Positions 39,580 through 50,859 of a stretch of 64,000 nt of DNA are shown here, piece by piece (the stretch's first letter is position 1; every line of letters starts with the position of its first letter). This DNA is from Nostoc sp. (GTDB lineage Bacteria; Cyanobacteriota; Cyanobacteriia; Cyanobacteriales; Nostocaceae): assembly GCA_036918135.1 (NCBI GenBank), contig JBALDB010000002.1, positions 160,001 to 224,000 on the forward strand, given 5' to 3'. Position numbers and translations under genes: made by a program. A model generated the notes under the pieces. It saw nothing but the letters and a program-made list of their open reading frames with translations. It was not told the DNA's origin and made no database searches.

Positions 39580-39611
39580 AACAGTCACGATTTTTTATCG
39601 TGGCTGTTTTT
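39580..39611 (+). terminator. Intrinsic terminator of sodB
   Basis: AACAGTCACGAT-loop-ATCGTGGCTGTT followed by T residues. Confidence 0.75.
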
Positions 39612-39734
39612 GATTAGCTGGGCACATATAGCAATCCTATTTCGAGGAGGGGTTGAAAAAGGTACAAAAAAAGCTGAAACTTAAAATTAAGAACAAAAAC
39701 TTTGTTATCAGGTGTATATATTTTATTTAAAAAT

Positions 39735-40304
39735 GTGCAAAACCTTAGTACTGTTTTCAATAACTTTCCCCAACTGACAACTGATAATTTAATTTTACGA
39801 GAAACAAAACTAGCAGATGTGCCAGCAATTTTTCAGGTTTTTGCAGATGATGAAGTAACAAAGTATCATGATTTAGAAACTGCCACTAGTCTAGAGCAAG
39901 TTCAGTTTATAATTGAGCGTCGTGCAGAGAGGTTTAAAAATCAACAAGGTATTCGCTGGGGAATAGCAAAGAAAGAAGACAATATAATTATTGGTTCCTG
40001 TGGCTATAGTATTAAAAACCCCTTTCAGGCAGAAATTGGATACGAACTGGCAAGAGAATATTGGAGAAAGGGCTTAATGACACAAGCTTTAAGAACTATC
40101 ATTCACTGGGGTTTTCATCAGTTAAATTTAAATAGAATTGAAGCATTTGTCACGCTAGAAAATACTGCCTCTATCAAATTATTAGGAAATTTGAGATTTG
40201 TAGAAGAAGGAACTTTAAGAGAATATGGATTTTGGAAAGGACAATTCCATGATTTGAAGATATTTTCTTTATTAAAAAGGGATTATATGACTTTTAACTT
40301 TTGA
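39735..40304 (+). CDS. RimJ/RimL-family GNAT N-acetyltransferase
   Basis: IIGSCG, AEIGYEL..EYWRKGLMT.A, N.AS..LL..L.F..EG.LR motifs. Confidence 0.9.
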   Translation: MQNLSTVFNNFPQLTTDNLILRETKLADVPAIFQVFADDEVTKYHDLETATSLEQVQFIIERRAERFKNQQGIRWGIAKKEDNIIIGSCGYSIKNPFQAEIGYELAREYWRKGLMTQALRTIIHWGFHQLNLNRIEAFVTLENTASIKLLGNLRFVEEGTLREYGFWKGQFHDLKIFSLLKRDYMTFNF

Positions 40305-40377
40305 CTTTTGAACCTTCGACTTCCCCGCAGGGGCTACCTCCTGTATCTTAAAAAGAGTAAGATGAAAATCAAAATAT

Positions 40378-40584
40378 ATGGATAGTAAAGAATTAGCGCA
40401 ATACATCGAAGCAACGAATGGTATCAGTAAACCTTGGTTATTAGTTCAACTACGCCTAAAAAAACTGCAAGAGCGTCGAGCTACACTCACAGACGATGCT
40501 TACAGCAAAGAATTAGAAGATATTTACCATGACTTGATGAATTTGGGGGAATGGTGGCGGGGCATTGAAGATGAGGTATTTTAA
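40378..40584 (+). CDS. Small conserved hypothetical protein
   Basis: 68-aa ORF with KPWLLVQLRL and LGEWW.G.E.EVF, directly upstream of purM. Confidence 0.75.
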   Translation: MDSKELAQYIEATNGISKPWLLVQLRLKKLQERRATLTDDAYSKELEDIYHDLMNLGEWWRGIEDEVF

Positions 40585-40673
40585 AGAGACGCGATTAACC
40601 CAAGTCTTTCCAAGAGTTAGGAGTTTTGGTAATTTCTAATTTTTAACTGAAATTAATAAAGGTGTAGTCAGGA

Positions 40674-41705
40674 ATGGATTATCGGGATGCAGGAGTTGAT
40701 GTTGAGGCTGGTCGAGGCTTTGTAAATCAAATTCGCAACTTGGTTGACAGTACTTTTAGACCAGAAGTAATTGGTGGACTAGGTGGCTTCGCTGGCTGCT
40801 TTCAACTACCAGGGGGTTTTAAGGAACCAGTTTTAGTTTCTGGGACAGATGGTGTAGGTACTAAGTTGAAAATAGCTCACATGCTCAACCGCCATGATAC
40901 TGTAGGGATTGATTTGGTAGCGATGTGTGTGAATGATGTACTGACATCTGGTGCCCAACCACTGTTTTTTTTAGATTATCTGGCAACCGGGAAGTTGGAT
41001 AAAGAGCAATTAACTGATGTAGTTGCAGGTATAAGTTCTGGATGTAAGCAAGCTGGTTGCGCTTTATTGGGGGGAGAAACGGCAGAAATGCCCGGTTTTT
41101 ACCAGGTGGGTGAGTATGATTTGGCTGGATTTTGTGTGGGAATTGTCGAAAAAAGTCAGATGTTAGACGGTTCTCAAGTACAAATAGGAGATGTAGCGAT
41201 CGCTCTTGCTAGTGCAGGCGTACATAGTAATGGTTTGAGTTTAGTCCGAAAGATTGTTAGCGATCGCAATTTTGCTTGGAGCGATACTCCAGAATTGTTA
41301 GGTGGCGAAACTATCGGCGAAACTTTCCTTAAACCCACGCGCATTTATGTCAAATCAGTTTTAGCAGCGCTACAAGCAGGTTTGTCAATTCATGGTATGG
41401 CTCATATCACAGGTGGTGGTTTGCCAGAAAATCTGCCTAGATGCTTAGGAAAAGCTCAAGCAATTAAAATTGACCCCAACAGTTGGAATATTCCCCCTAT
41501 ATTTCAGTGGCTAGCTGAAGTAGGAGAAGTCAACTCCCAAGCCATGTACAATACATTCAATATGGGAATTGGATTTGTATTGCTGGTGTCACCCGATGAA
41601 GTAGAGCAGACAATTAATCATTTTCGATCGCATGAAATTCCAGCTATGGCGATCGGGGAAGTCATTAGTGGTTCGGGAGAATTAGTAGGATTACCATTTA
41701 AATAG
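40674..41705 (+). CDS. purM: Phosphoribosylformylglycinamidine cyclo-ligase
   Basis: [34 protein letters not shown] and TFNMGIG motifs. Confidence 0.97.
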   Translation: MDYRDAGVDVEAGRGFVNQIRNLVDSTFRPEVIGGLGGFAGCFQLPGGFKEPVLVSGTDGVGTKLKIAHMLNRHDTVGIDLVAMCVNDVLTSGAQPLFFLDYLATGKLDKEQLTDVVAGISSGCKQAGCALLGGETAEMPGFYQVGEYDLAGFCVGIVEKSQMLDGSQVQIGDVAIALASAGVHSNGLSLVRKIVSDRNFAWSDTPELLGGETIGETFLKPTRIYVKSVLAALQAGLSIHGMAHITGGGLPENLPRCLGKAQAIKIDPNSWNIPPIFQWLAEVGEVNSQAMYNTFNMGIGFVLLVSPDEVEQTINHFRSHEIPAMAIGEVISGSGELVGLPFK

Positions 41706-41740
41706 ATATTTTTTATATATAATATAAATTTTCTTTTTAG

Positions 41741-41767
41741 TTTAGCAGAGAAATTTTCTCTACTAAA
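41741..41767 (+). terminator. Hairpin after purM
   Basis: TTTAGCAGAGAA-ATT-TTCTCTACTAAA near-perfect stem. Confidence 0.5.
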
Positions 41768-42135
41768 AATTTACTCTCTAAGCCATTTACACAGCTAGTA
41801 TAGGCAGATGATTAAGGGACTTCCTTTCTAAAAACTATCCTGCTGCTCGAAAGTCAATACTCATCAGGGGAGCAACTTCAAGTGATTGTTTTTATTTCTT
41901 GGACTTCCTTGAATTTGATATGCAATATTTATTACTACTTAAAATTTACAGGTAATTTAAACTATTTATAACTACTAACGTTGAGATTTGCTAACGTAGT
42001 CTTAACATATCGAAAAATTTGCTAATAAAGCTGAGAAATTAGCTGTTAACACTAATTTACAGTCCTGAGTATTTCTCATCTGTAGGTGTGGCGTTTTAGT
42101 GTGTTAGGAATATATATTTTTGTTTAGAGAGGGTT

Positions 42136-42822
42136 ATGGTTGTAAATTTGGCCCGCACTAGTGCTTCAAAAGAACTGTTGAGGCAAGTATTCCAGAATAT
42201 TGATGCACACAGTTGTCCCAGGTTATTCAACTTTCACATGCACACTGTCCATTCAGATGGGAGGTTGCAGCCGAGTGCATTGATGGAGCAGGCGATCGCA
42301 ATTGGGTTAAAAGGGTTAGCGATTACCGATCATCATAATATTGGCGGCTATCTAGCAGCACAAGCTTGGTTAGAGGATTGGAGGTGGAATAATCCCGGTG
42401 CAAGCACTCCTTTATTGTGGAGTGGTGTGGAAATCAATGCTAACCTTTTAGACATAGAAGTTCATATTTTGGGTTACGCTTTCGAGCTAGAACACCCTAG
42501 TATCAAACCCTATCTGCAAAGAAGGGCGACTACAGGCAAAGAATATCAAGCAAGTAATGTGATTGCTGCAATTCAAGAGGCTGGTGGATTGGCAGTTTTG
42601 GCTCATCCTGCGCGTTACAAGCGATCGCATTTTGACTTAATTCCAGCTGCGGCTAAAAAGGGTATCGATGGTGTAGAAGCTTTCTACGCCTACAATAACC
42701 CCAATCCCTGGAAACCCAGCGCCTTAGAATCAGAGCAAGTACAAAAATTAGCTGATGAATATTTTCTTTTGAATACCTGTGGTACTGATACCCACGGTTT
42801 GAATTTGCTACAACGCTTGTGA
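42136..42822 (+). CDS. PHP domain metal-dependent phosphoesterase
   Basis: FHMHT..SDG, AITDH, GVEI, HILGY, LAHP and GTDTHG motifs. Confidence 0.92.
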   Translation: MVVNLARTSASKELLRQVFQNIDAHSCPRLFNFHMHTVHSDGRLQPSALMEQAIAIGLKGLAITDHHNIGGYLAAQAWLEDWRWNNPGASTPLLWSGVEINANLLDIEVHILGYAFELEHPSIKPYLQRRATTGKEYQASNVIAAIQEAGGLAVLAHPARYKRSHFDLIPAAAKKGIDGVEAFYAYNNPNPWKPSALESEQVQKLADEYFLLNTCGTDTHGLNLLQRL

Positions 42823-42857
42823 AGATGAATTTATGCTTTTAACAGGGAACAGAGTAG

Positions 42858-42890
42858 GTTTTGGGCAAGGTTTAAATACTCGCCCAAAAC
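42858..42890 (+). terminator. Hairpin after the PHP gene
   Basis: GTTTTGGGC...GCCCAAAAC stem. Confidence 0.5.
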
Positions 42891-42929
42891 GCTCGTCTTT
42901 AAAGGCCGGGCTTCAAACCCTTGTTTTTT

Positions 42930-43137
42930 TGGAGTTAAGCATTTGTTGTTTCTCTTTGCGTCCCTTGTCTTGAAAAGTGACGCTCTTACGTTGCTAACCT
43001 GCACTAACAGACCGCCTCAAGCCGACAAGTCGTGACTTTTCGCTGCGTCCTTGACTATACCTTGCAGGAAGCCGCTTTGCCTCTACGTTAAAAAATTGAT
43101 TTTTACAAAAAGTTTTAGCCTTAATACCAAGGTATTG
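42930..43137. mobile_element. Degenerate MITE-like element related to the one at 44585
   Basis: Left GTTAAGCATTT and right CCTTAA...AAGGTATTG ends resemble those of the 44585-44709 element. Confidence 0.5.
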
Positions 43138-43217
43138 ACATTTATCCCTTCTTCCTATTCGTTGTTAAGAGTTCCCTACCTACACAAGTCAGTCAGAAAT
43201 TGAATCAGATTCCTATA

Positions 43218-44528
43218 TTAAGTACTGACTCTAATTGGAATCTCGATAATAAATTCTGCCCCATTACCAAGTTGAGACTTTACATAAATCCTGCCATGAT
43301 GTTTTTCAATAATTTGATAACTAATTGCTAAACCTAGACCTGTACCTTTATTAACAGGTTTAGTTGTAAAAAAAGGGTCGAATATTTTACTTTGGATTTC
43401 TGGAGCAATTCCAGAGCCATTATCTATAATTTTAACTTTGATAGTTTCTAAATCTGTTACTTCAGTTCTAATAATAATCTGTTTTTGATATTGATAATTT
43501 AAATCTTCTAATAAAGAATCTATTGCATTATTAATCACATTGAGAAATACTTGATTTAATTGTGCTGGATAACATTCTACTAGTGGGAGATGAGCATACT
43601 CTTTAATTACTTCTATTTTTGGCTTAAGACGATGGTTTAGCAAAAATAGCGTACTTTCAATTCCCTCATGAATATTTACAGCTTTTTTCTCAGATTCATC
43701 GAGGCGAGAAAAGTTTTTTAAAGAAAGTACAATTTCCTTAATCCTATCAGTTCCTAATCTCATAGAAACGAGAATTTTTTGAAAGTCATCTATGAGAAAA
43801 TCTAGGTCAATCTCGCCAATTTCATCTAAAATAATTTTTTGAGCTTCAGGATACTCTTTTTGGTAAAATTGTATCAAACTCAAAAGACTGTGAATATGTT
43901 CGTGAAGATAATTAAAATTACCATGAATAAAATTGATAGGATTATTTATTTCGTGGGCTAAACCTGCAACCATTCTGCCCAAACTAGACATTTTTTCGGT
44001 TTGAATTAATTGCACTTGAGTTGTTTGCAACTTGCGAACAGTATCTTCTAATTCCTGTGCTTGTAGTTTAGCATTTACAGTTGCAGTTGAGAGTGCCTTG
44101 AGGTTATTATAAGCTTTGGAATGATAGCGGATGCGGGCAATTAACTCAATAGCGTCTGGTAATTTAATTAAATAGTCATTTGCTCCCTCAGCAAAGGCTT
44201 CTGCTTTTAGCTTTGGTTCTTCTTTACTCGATAACATAATGATGGGAATATCACGAGTTGATGGATGAGAACGAAACCAACGCAGTAGCATTAAACCATC
44301 GATATCTGGCATAATCAAATCTAACAGAATTACCGTTGGCTCAATGGCGATCGCTTTATGGATTGCTTGAGTTGAATCGTTGAAATAATTAAAACTAATA
44401 TCTGTTTCGTTAGCAATAATTCTACTAATTGCTTCACCAATTATTACCTGATCGTCAATTAACAGAATTTTCACTGTTTCTGTGTGAATTTTTACTTCAT
44501 TTAGACAGTCTGCTGATGCTAATTGCAT
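43218..44528 (-). CDS. WspR-type receiver fused to a histidine kinase (output of the Wsp-like cluster)
   Basis: LLIDDQ, GANDYLIKLPDAIELIARIRYHS, EKMSSLGRMVAGLAHEINNP, DNGSGI, FDPFFTTK and GTGLGL motifs. Confidence 0.9.
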   Translation of the reverse strand: MQLASADCLNEVKIHTETVKILLIDDQVIIGEAISRIIANETDISFNYFNDSTQAIHKAIAIEPTVILLDLIMPDIDGLMLLRWFRSHPSTRDIPIIMLSSKEEPKLKAEAFAEGANDYLIKLPDAIELIARIRYHSKAYNNLKALSTATVNAKLQAQELEDTVRKLQTTQVQLIQTEKMSSLGRMVAGLAHEINNPINFIHGNFNYLHEHIHSLLSLIQFYQKEYPEAQKIILDEIGEIDLDFLIDDFQKILVSMRLGTDRIKEIVLSLKNFSRLDESEKKAVNIHEGIESTLFLLNHRLKPKIEVIKEYAHLPLVECYPAQLNQVFLNVINNAIDSLLEDLNYQYQKQIIIRTEVTDLETIKVKIIDNGSGIAPEIQSKIFDPFFTTKPVNKGTGLGLAISYQIIEKHHGRIYVKSQLGNGAEFIIEIPIRVST

Positions 44529-44584
44529 AGTCAATTTAGGTAATAAAGTTTCTGTTTACTAGATTTGACAATAGGTTCGCCAAT

Positions 44585-44709
44585 CAATACTGTTGGGTTA
44601 AGCATTTCTAACTTGGAATTTGGTTTTGATAAAAGGTTAAAGGGTAAGGGTTAAAGGTTTTTCTTTACCCTTTTCCCCTTCCCCTTTCCCCCTTAACCGA
44701 AAGGTATTG
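44585..44709. mobile_element. MITE-like element with 18-bp terminal inverted repeats
   Basis: CAATACTGTTGGGTTAAG...CTTAACCGAAAGGTATTG; inverted pairing extends to 44576-44718; internal AAAGGGT/TTCCCC heptamers. Confidence 0.7.
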
Positions 44710-44942
44710 ATTCGGCGATTTGATTATGTAATTTTTACTAAATATTTTTAACTAAAAAGTTTAAGCATGAATTCTTTAGGTTGATTATAACCTAAGATAT
44801 ACAAAAGTAAATATATTACATATTAAAATAAAACAAGGTTTTCAGCTTCTAGATAATGGATTTTTTGAAAGAAAAGAATAAACTATATTTATGTTATTTT
44901 TAATAATTTAAAAACAGTAATTTTACGGGATAAAAAATTATT

Positions 44943-45944
44943 TTATATATGTCGTGCTGATAACTGTAATATCTTGGTACAAACAGCAGCGATCGCATCA
45001 ACTGGCAAAACTTCTACGGCGGCTTTTAATTCCACCGCAGCTTTGGGCATACCATACACAGCAGAAGTTTCGCGGTTTTGAGCAATGGTGTACCATCCAG
45101 CTTCTCGTAATACTTTTAAACCTTGAGCGCCATCTGTTCCCATACCAGTAAGTAACACCCCAATTCCTTGTCGAGTCCAATGATTTGCCACACTCTTGAA
45201 TAAAACATCAATCGATGGACGATAATAACAATTTAATGGTTGTTCATCATACTTAAAACTCAAGTTAGAATTCATGACGAGATGATGATTTGTACCTGCT
45301 AAGAGAATTTTTCCCACTTGTGGCGTGGAACCTGCACTCGCTATTTCTACAGGCATAGAAATTTGTTCGTTCAACCAAACCGCAAAACCAGGAGCAAACT
45401 GAGCATCTAAATGCTGAACGATCGCTACAGCAGCAGGAAAATCTTGGGAAAAATGTGAGAGAATTTTAACCAATGCCTGGGGGCCACCAGTGGAAGCGCC
45501 AATGACAATTAGTGGTGGTAATGATTTTTGAAAAATTCTCGATTTTTTGACCGTTCTTCTTTGGGAAGATGCACCGATTAATTTGGCGATCGTGGCAATT
45601 TTTTTCAGTAAACCTACACTACCCTCCACAGGTGTATTGATAGCATCTAAAGCCCCGTAAGTCATGGCTTCCAACACATTGGCAGCATATTTGTTAACGC
45701 TGGCAGTCACCATCATAATCGCACAAGGCGATTGGCTCATAATTTGCCGTGTGGCTTCCACTCCATCCATGCACGGCATCAGGACATCCATCAATATTAA
45801 ATCAGGGGTATCAACCGCACATTTACTAACAGCTTCCTCCCCATCGTAAGCAACCCAAGCCAAATCATAGTCTGGTATGGTGGCTAAAATCCGCCGCAGT
45901 GCTTCCACTGCCATCTGCATATCGTTGACAATGGCAATTCTCAT
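44943..45944 (-). CDS. cheB: Chemotaxis response regulator methylesterase (WspF-like)
   Basis: RIAIVND receiver, GASTGGP, VQH, RPSIDVLF, LTGMG.DGA.GL and YGMPKAA motifs. Confidence 0.95.
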   Translation of the reverse strand: MRIAIVNDMQMAVEALRRILATIPDYDLAWVAYDGEEAVSKCAVDTPDLILMDVLMPCMDGVEATRQIMSQSPCAIMMVTASVNKYAANVLEAMTYGALDAINTPVEGSVGLLKKIATIAKLIGASSQRRTVKKSRIFQKSLPPLIVIGASTGGPQALVKILSHFSQDFPAAVAIVQHLDAQFAPGFAVWLNEQISMPVEIASAGSTPQVGKILLAGTNHHLVMNSNLSFKYDEQPLNCYYRPSIDVLFKSVANHWTRQGIGVLLTGMGTDGAQGLKVLREAGWYTIAQNRETSAVYGMPKAAVELKAAVEVLPVDAIAAVCTKILQLSARHI

Positions 45945-45947
45945 TAC

Positions 45948-48209
45948 TTATCCCTTACCAATTAAGTCAATTACAGCTTTTAACAAAGTGTCATCGTGAA
46001 AGCTGCTTTTGGTGAGATAATAGTCTGCACCTGCTTCTAACCCTTGAATTCGGTCTGCTTCACGGTCTTTGTAGGAAACGATAATCACGGGTATTTGCTT
46101 CAACTTAGCATGGGCTTTGATTTGGCTAGTAAGTTCAAAGCCATTCATGCGTGGCATATCAATATCTGTAATTACCAAATCATAATCACTGCTGCGAACT
46201 GCGTTCCAACCATCAACACCATTAACTGCTACATCAACTTTATAACTGTTATTTTCTAAAAGTTTGCGTTCCATTTCGCGGACAGTAATTGAATCATCGA
46301 CAACTAACACGCGCTTGTAAGTTTTAGTCAGTACTTGACGCGCCGACTGATTCACCTGGCTAAGTTGTCCGCTAGAAAACACCTTGGCAATAGAACGTAC
46401 TAAATCTTCGACATCGACAATTAAAACTGGAGAACCGTCCTCCATCAGGGCGGCGGCGCTAATGTTGGGGACTTTGCCCAGGCGGGAATCTAGAGGTCGA
46501 ACTACTAAGCTGTGTTCGCCGATAAATCGGTCAACAACTAATCCATAATGGTTGAGGCGATCGCTAATTACAACCACTGGTAGTAAATCTGGACTTACCG
46601 CAGGTGAGGGTAATTCTAAAACTTGATGCGCCGAAATCAACTCCACAGGTTGATTGTCTAGCAAGAAAAACGGACGATTTTCTGAGACAGCAATCTCTGA
46701 TTTAGATAACATCAGCACTTTTTCAATTCTTGTCAGCCCAAAAGCATAGGGTTCGCCGGCAATCTCGACTAACAATGTCCGAACTACCGATAGGGTAAGC
46801 GGTAATTGCAAGTAAAAGGTCATGCTTTTCCCAGGGTGAGAAACTGCCCGCACTGTCCCGCCAACTTCCCGCACTGTGCTGTGGACGATATCCAGCCCCA
46901 CACCGCGACCGGAAATTTCTGTAACGATTTGCGTGGTAGAGAATCCGGGTAATAACAGAAACTCCATTAACTCAGCTTCGGTAAGCTGGGCTGCCATTTC
47001 AGCGTTCGTCATTTGTTTGTTGACGACTTGTTGACGCAAAAACTCGACATCAATTCCTCGTCCATCATCAGAGATGGTGATAAATAACATCCCAGCGCGA
47101 TGAACAACTTCTATTTCAATTGTTCCTTCTTCTGGTTTGCCTGCGGCTAGTCGGTCTTGGGGAGATTCGATTCCGTGGTCGATCGCATTTCGCAGCATAT
47201 GAGTTAACGGCGCTTCTAAGCAATCGAGAATATCCCGGTCTACTAGAGTAGACTTACCCTTAATTTCCAGCTTTACGCGTTTACCCAACTGGCGGGAGAG
47301 GTCGCGTACCATCCGCCCAAACCCTTGTCCGCCCTCAGCAAAAGAACACATCCGCGTCGCAATTACTTCCCGGTACAGGCGATGGGCAAGATTACCAGAA
47401 CGCTGAGAAAATGATTCTAATTCGTTTTGGCGATCGCTAATCAACTGAGTACATTCGCTGGTTTTTTGATATACCGCACTCAAATGTTCTTTAATGTATT
47501 TATCAAGGGGGCGATCGCTCAATAATTCCTGTAACCTAGTCACTAGGTTAGATAGCTCTACTTGATTAGCTCTGACTTTTAAAAAAGAGTTCGTAAATGG
47601 CTCTAACCACTTGGTTGCGACTATTGTTTCTCCAGCTAATCCCATCAAGCGATTCAGATTATCCGTACTCACGCGTACAGTTCGGTTTTGGGTAGTAACT
47701 AATTCTTCAACTGGAAAAATAGGGGCAGGAAATGAGGCGATTTCTGGTGGCAGAGATTCTATCTGCGGGGTTGGCTGTAAGATATTGACTTGTGAAATTG
47801 CTGGGGTGGTTAGAGAATTTGCAATATTTGCGATTTCCTTCACTAGCGCTTGAACATGAGAATTATTCCCTTGTTGCAGATTTGGGTTTTCGGCTATGTG
47901 TTGCAGCATATCTACTCCTTGCAACAACACATCAACGCAATCAGCGGTTAAACTCACTGTTCCTGCTTGAGCCGCACTAAAACAATCTTCCATTACATGG
48001 GCTAGGGTGACAGCTGGCTCAATTTGGACAATTCTCGCTGCGCCTTTAATACAATGGGCTGCCCGCATTAACGCTGCTAATTCTGATTTGGGGTCGGGAT
48101 TTGTTTCCAGCGCCAACAAACAGTTGTTTAGCGCCACAACCTGAGTTTTGACTTCCATGTTGAATAAATCCAACAAAGAAAGCTGGCTGAGATTGGAATC
48201 TTCTATCAT
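45948..48209 (-). CDS. cheA: CheA-CheY hybrid kinase (WspE-like)
   Basis: Hpt LMRAAH.IKGAAR, HMLRNAIDHGIE, DDGRG, SGRGVGLD, a CheW domain and a C-terminal receiver (VVDDSITVRE). Confidence 0.95.
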   Translation of the reverse strand: MIEDSNLSQLSLLDLFNMEVKTQVVALNNCLLALETNPDPKSELAALMRAAHCIKGAARIVQIEPAVTLAHVMEDCFSAAQAGTVSLTADCVDVLLQGVDMLQHIAENPNLQQGNNSHVQALVKEIANIANSLTTPAISQVNILQPTPQIESLPPEIASFPAPIFPVEELVTTQNRTVRVSTDNLNRLMGLAGETIVATKWLEPFTNSFLKVRANQVELSNLVTRLQELLSDRPLDKYIKEHLSAVYQKTSECTQLISDRQNELESFSQRSGNLAHRLYREVIATRMCSFAEGGQGFGRMVRDLSRQLGKRVKLEIKGKSTLVDRDILDCLEAPLTHMLRNAIDHGIESPQDRLAAGKPEEGTIEIEVVHRAGMLFITISDDGRGIDVEFLRQQVVNKQMTNAEMAAQLTEAELMEFLLLPGFSTTQIVTEISGRGVGLDIVHSTVREVGGTVRAVSHPGKSMTFYLQLPLTLSVVRTLLVEIAGEPYAFGLTRIEKVLMLSKSEIAVSENRPFFLLDNQPVELISAHQVLELPSPAVSPDLLPVVVISDRLNHYGLVVDRFIGEHSLVVRPLDSRLGKVPNISAAALMEDGSPVLIVDVEDLVRSIAKVFSSGQLSQVNQSARQVLTKTYKRVLVVDDSITVREMERKLLENNSYKVDVAVNGVDGWNAVRSSDYDLVITDIDMPRMNGFELTSQIKAHAKLKQIPVIIVSYKDREADRIQGLEAGADYYLTKSSFHDDTLLKAVIDLIGKG

Positions 48210-48952
48210 TACTGCGCCTTCCTCGCCAAAGTGGTAAATAATAGTTCATCATCCAAATAGCTGACAGTCTGCGAACGTAGTTCCTGCTGCGAAGTCTGAA
48301 AATTAGCAGGTTGCCAGGAAAATAACGCTTTAGTGTAAGTTTGGGTTGCTTGAGTCATATTCCTGGAAGCATCGCCCAATTCTCCACGATTAATTCGGTG
48401 TAGCCCATAAAGTTCATCTACTGGAAACACCCAAGCCTTACCAGCCTTTTCAATTACCATCATCCGCGAATGTATCACTGGACTTAGCACTTGTAGGGGA
48501 GTATCGCTAGATTCGATATTCAACAAGTGGTTTAAGGAAACACACAACAGCAATTCCCCGCGAATATTGATTAATCCCCGTAAAACTTGGTTGTTGCGAT
48601 GGGGTAAGGTGTGAATCACGCTGGGAGAAGTCGTTTCTTTGAAGACTTGAGCCGGAAGCGCCAGCCATTCCCGTTGCAACCGAAAAATCACAACTGTCAT
48701 TTCTGTGGTACGCACACCATAAGAAGGCATTTGCGGATTTTTCTCGGCTTGAGATTGGGCCAGTAATTGCGTCCATTCATGGCGATATTGTTCTGGTGTC
48801 GTGCGTTCTAGTAACTGGCGACCAGATGCCGAATAAACCGGGCAATTGCGGCAATGAACGTATGTGGATAGTTGGGAACAAGAGCGATCGCCTTCAATAC
48901 CAATGAAATTCCAGCAACGTTCTATATTTAATTGGGCAGTGATAGTATTCAT
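48209..48952 (-). CDS. cheW: CheW-family adaptor with a Cys-rich N-terminus (WspD-like)
   Basis: CWN.IG..GDRSC..L....HCRNCPVY, IFRL..EWLAL, HTLPHR and GLINIRG motifs. Confidence 0.9.
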   Translation of the reverse strand: MNTITAQLNIERCWNFIGIEGDRSCSQLSTYVHCRNCPVYSASGRQLLERTTPEQYRHEWTQLLAQSQAEKNPQMPSYGVRTTEMTVVIFRLQREWLALPAQVFKETTSPSVIHTLPHRNNQVLRGLINIRGELLLCVSLNHLLNIESSDTPLQVLSPVIHSRMMVIEKAGKAWVFPVDELYGLHRINRGELGDASRNMTQATQTYTKALFSWQPANFQTSQQELRSQTVSYLDDELLFTTLARKAQ

Positions 48953-48961
48953 GGCGGTTGC

Positions 48962-50731
48962 TTAAGAGACTAGGAGTGCAGAGGCGGAAGATTCGACCTT
49001 GACCTGAAACCGGGCAATTCCCTGACGCAAACCTTGTGCAACTTGGTTAAGTTGAGCGATCGCCCGATTAATTTCCCGCAAAGAATCGGCAGTTTGCACT
49101 GAGGTACTACTCAACTGCACCATTGCTTCACTAATTTGTTGCGCTCCCACAGATTGAGTTTCCATCCCCCGGTTCACCAATTCAAAACGCGGGTTCAGGT
49201 CTTGTACTTGCTGAATGATTTGTCCGAGCTGTGTACTGATGCTGCCAACGTCTGCCATACTTCTTCCTACTTCTGCGCCAAACTTATCCATCTCCATCAC
49301 GCCTGTAGAGACTGAAGATTGCATCTGCTTGACCATCTGCTCGATGTCGATGGTCGCAACTGCGGTTTGGTCTGCCAATCGGCGGATTTCTCTAGCAACC
49401 ACAGCAAAGCCTAAACCAGATTCTCCAGCTTTCTCTGCTTCAATGGCGGCATTTAACGACAGCAGATTTGTCTGGTCTGCGACTTTGGTAATTGTCACCA
49501 CAATATTATTAATATTGTTGGCTTTTTCGCTAATAACTCCCAGTCGAGCCGCAATGGTATTAGTAGCTTCTGCCAACTGTCGCATAGTGGTTTCCATGCG
49601 AATTAAGTCTTTTTGGCTAACAGTTGCGGCTGTGGTTGTCAGTTGTGACATGCTGACGATTTGTTCCATTGTGTTTACCAACTCTTTGGAGGTAGCAGCA
49701 ATTTCTTTCCCAGCAGCACTCACTTGATTGGTGGAGGCTACCTGCTCCGTTATCGTTGCTTCTAATTGCTTACCCGAAGCAGCTATTTGAGTAGCAGAGG
49801 TAGTCACCTGTATTCCTGAGTTTTGTACTTGAGTAATCAAGCTATTCAAATTTTGGGTCATTGTGGAGAAAGCACTTAATAGCCTAACCATCTCATCCTT
49901 GCTGCTAGAGTCAGCAGTGATTTGGTTGGTCAAGTTTCCTTGGGAAATCTGCTCTGCAACCCTAACGACACCGATAATTTGAGTCGCTATTTGTCGGGCG
50001 ATCGCAAGTCCCAAAACGATGGCAGTAATCGGGCCGATAACAATTCCCAAAGAAACCCAGAAGATGCTGCGAGCGAGGTTCTTCTTAACTTCCTGTTGTA
50101 TATCTGATATGTAACTTTGAGTAAGTTCCAACAGATTAGATGCTTGCTCTTTTGTTTTTGCAAATAAAAGTTCTTCGTTGTTCGCTCCTTCAGAATCCAT
50201 CCGCTGGCGTAAATTTAATGCAGCTTGAATCGTAGTAAACTCTGATGAATTTTCTTGTTTCTGACGAATTAATTCTAGGGATTTTTTCCAGGGATTGCGA
50301 ATACCGAGTTGATTGTATTGTTGCTCAATCTGTAAAAATTTCTCATGGGCTTGCTTCCAGAGAGTCAGACTTTGCTGCAATGCGTCATACTCTTTCTTCT
50401 CTTGTTCAGTAAATGGTGTTGCTTCGTACTCTTTACTACCTTCGTTAATTTGTTTCCAAGCAACCTGCATCTGAGTTAATGCATTCTGTCTTTGAGGAAT
50501 AGTGAGTTCTGAATTGAAGAGTAAGCGCTCTGCTGATTGAATTTGTGTTTGTCCATCGTTTATCTTCCATAACCCGTTCAAAGTGGGTATGTGATTTGTA
50601 CTAAGGCTGTCAATATACTGATTTAACTCGCTGGTTGTAAACCATCCCAACAAGCCAACAATCAGTACTATCAGCCCCATGAATAAAAATGAACTGACCA
50701 TTCGCGTTTGCAAAGTCATGTTCTTGAACAT
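48962..50731 (-). CDS. Methyl-accepting chemotaxis protein (WspA-like), four-helix-bundle-type sensor
   Basis: Two TM helices, HAMP domain, [35 protein letters not shown] hairpin tip. Confidence 0.95.
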   Translation of the reverse strand: MFKNMTLQTRMVSSFLFMGLIVLIVGLLGWFTTSELNQYIDSLSTNHIPTLNGLWKINDGQTQIQSAERLLFNSELTIPQRQNALTQMQVAWKQINEGSKEYEATPFTEQEKKEYDALQQSLTLWKQAHEKFLQIEQQYNQLGIRNPWKKSLELIRQKQENSSEFTTIQAALNLRQRMDSEGANNEELLFAKTKEQASNLLELTQSYISDIQQEVKKNLARSIFWVSLGIVIGPITAIVLGLAIARQIATQIIGVVRVAEQISQGNLTNQITADSSSKDEMVRLLSAFSTMTQNLNSLITQVQNSGIQVTTSATQIAASGKQLEATITEQVASTNQVSAAGKEIAATSKELVNTMEQIVSMSQLTTTAATVSQKDLIRMETTMRQLAEATNTIAARLGVISEKANNINNIVVTITKVADQTNLLSLNAAIEAEKAGESGLGFAVVAREIRRLADQTAVATIDIEQMVKQMQSSVSTGVMEMDKFGAEVGRSMADVGSISTQLGQIIQQVQDLNPRFELVNRGMETQSVGAQQISEAMVQLSSTSVQTADSLREINRAIAQLNQVAQGLRQGIARFQVKVESSASALLVS

Positions 50732-50859
50732 TATATTGTCCTTGTTAAATCGTTGACAGCAAATTTTATATAACCTTTAAAACCTATATTTTCCAACAAC
50801 TCAGAAAATTTACCGAAGAGAAAGATTGACATCCGTAGTTGAAGATGATTATTTTGAAA

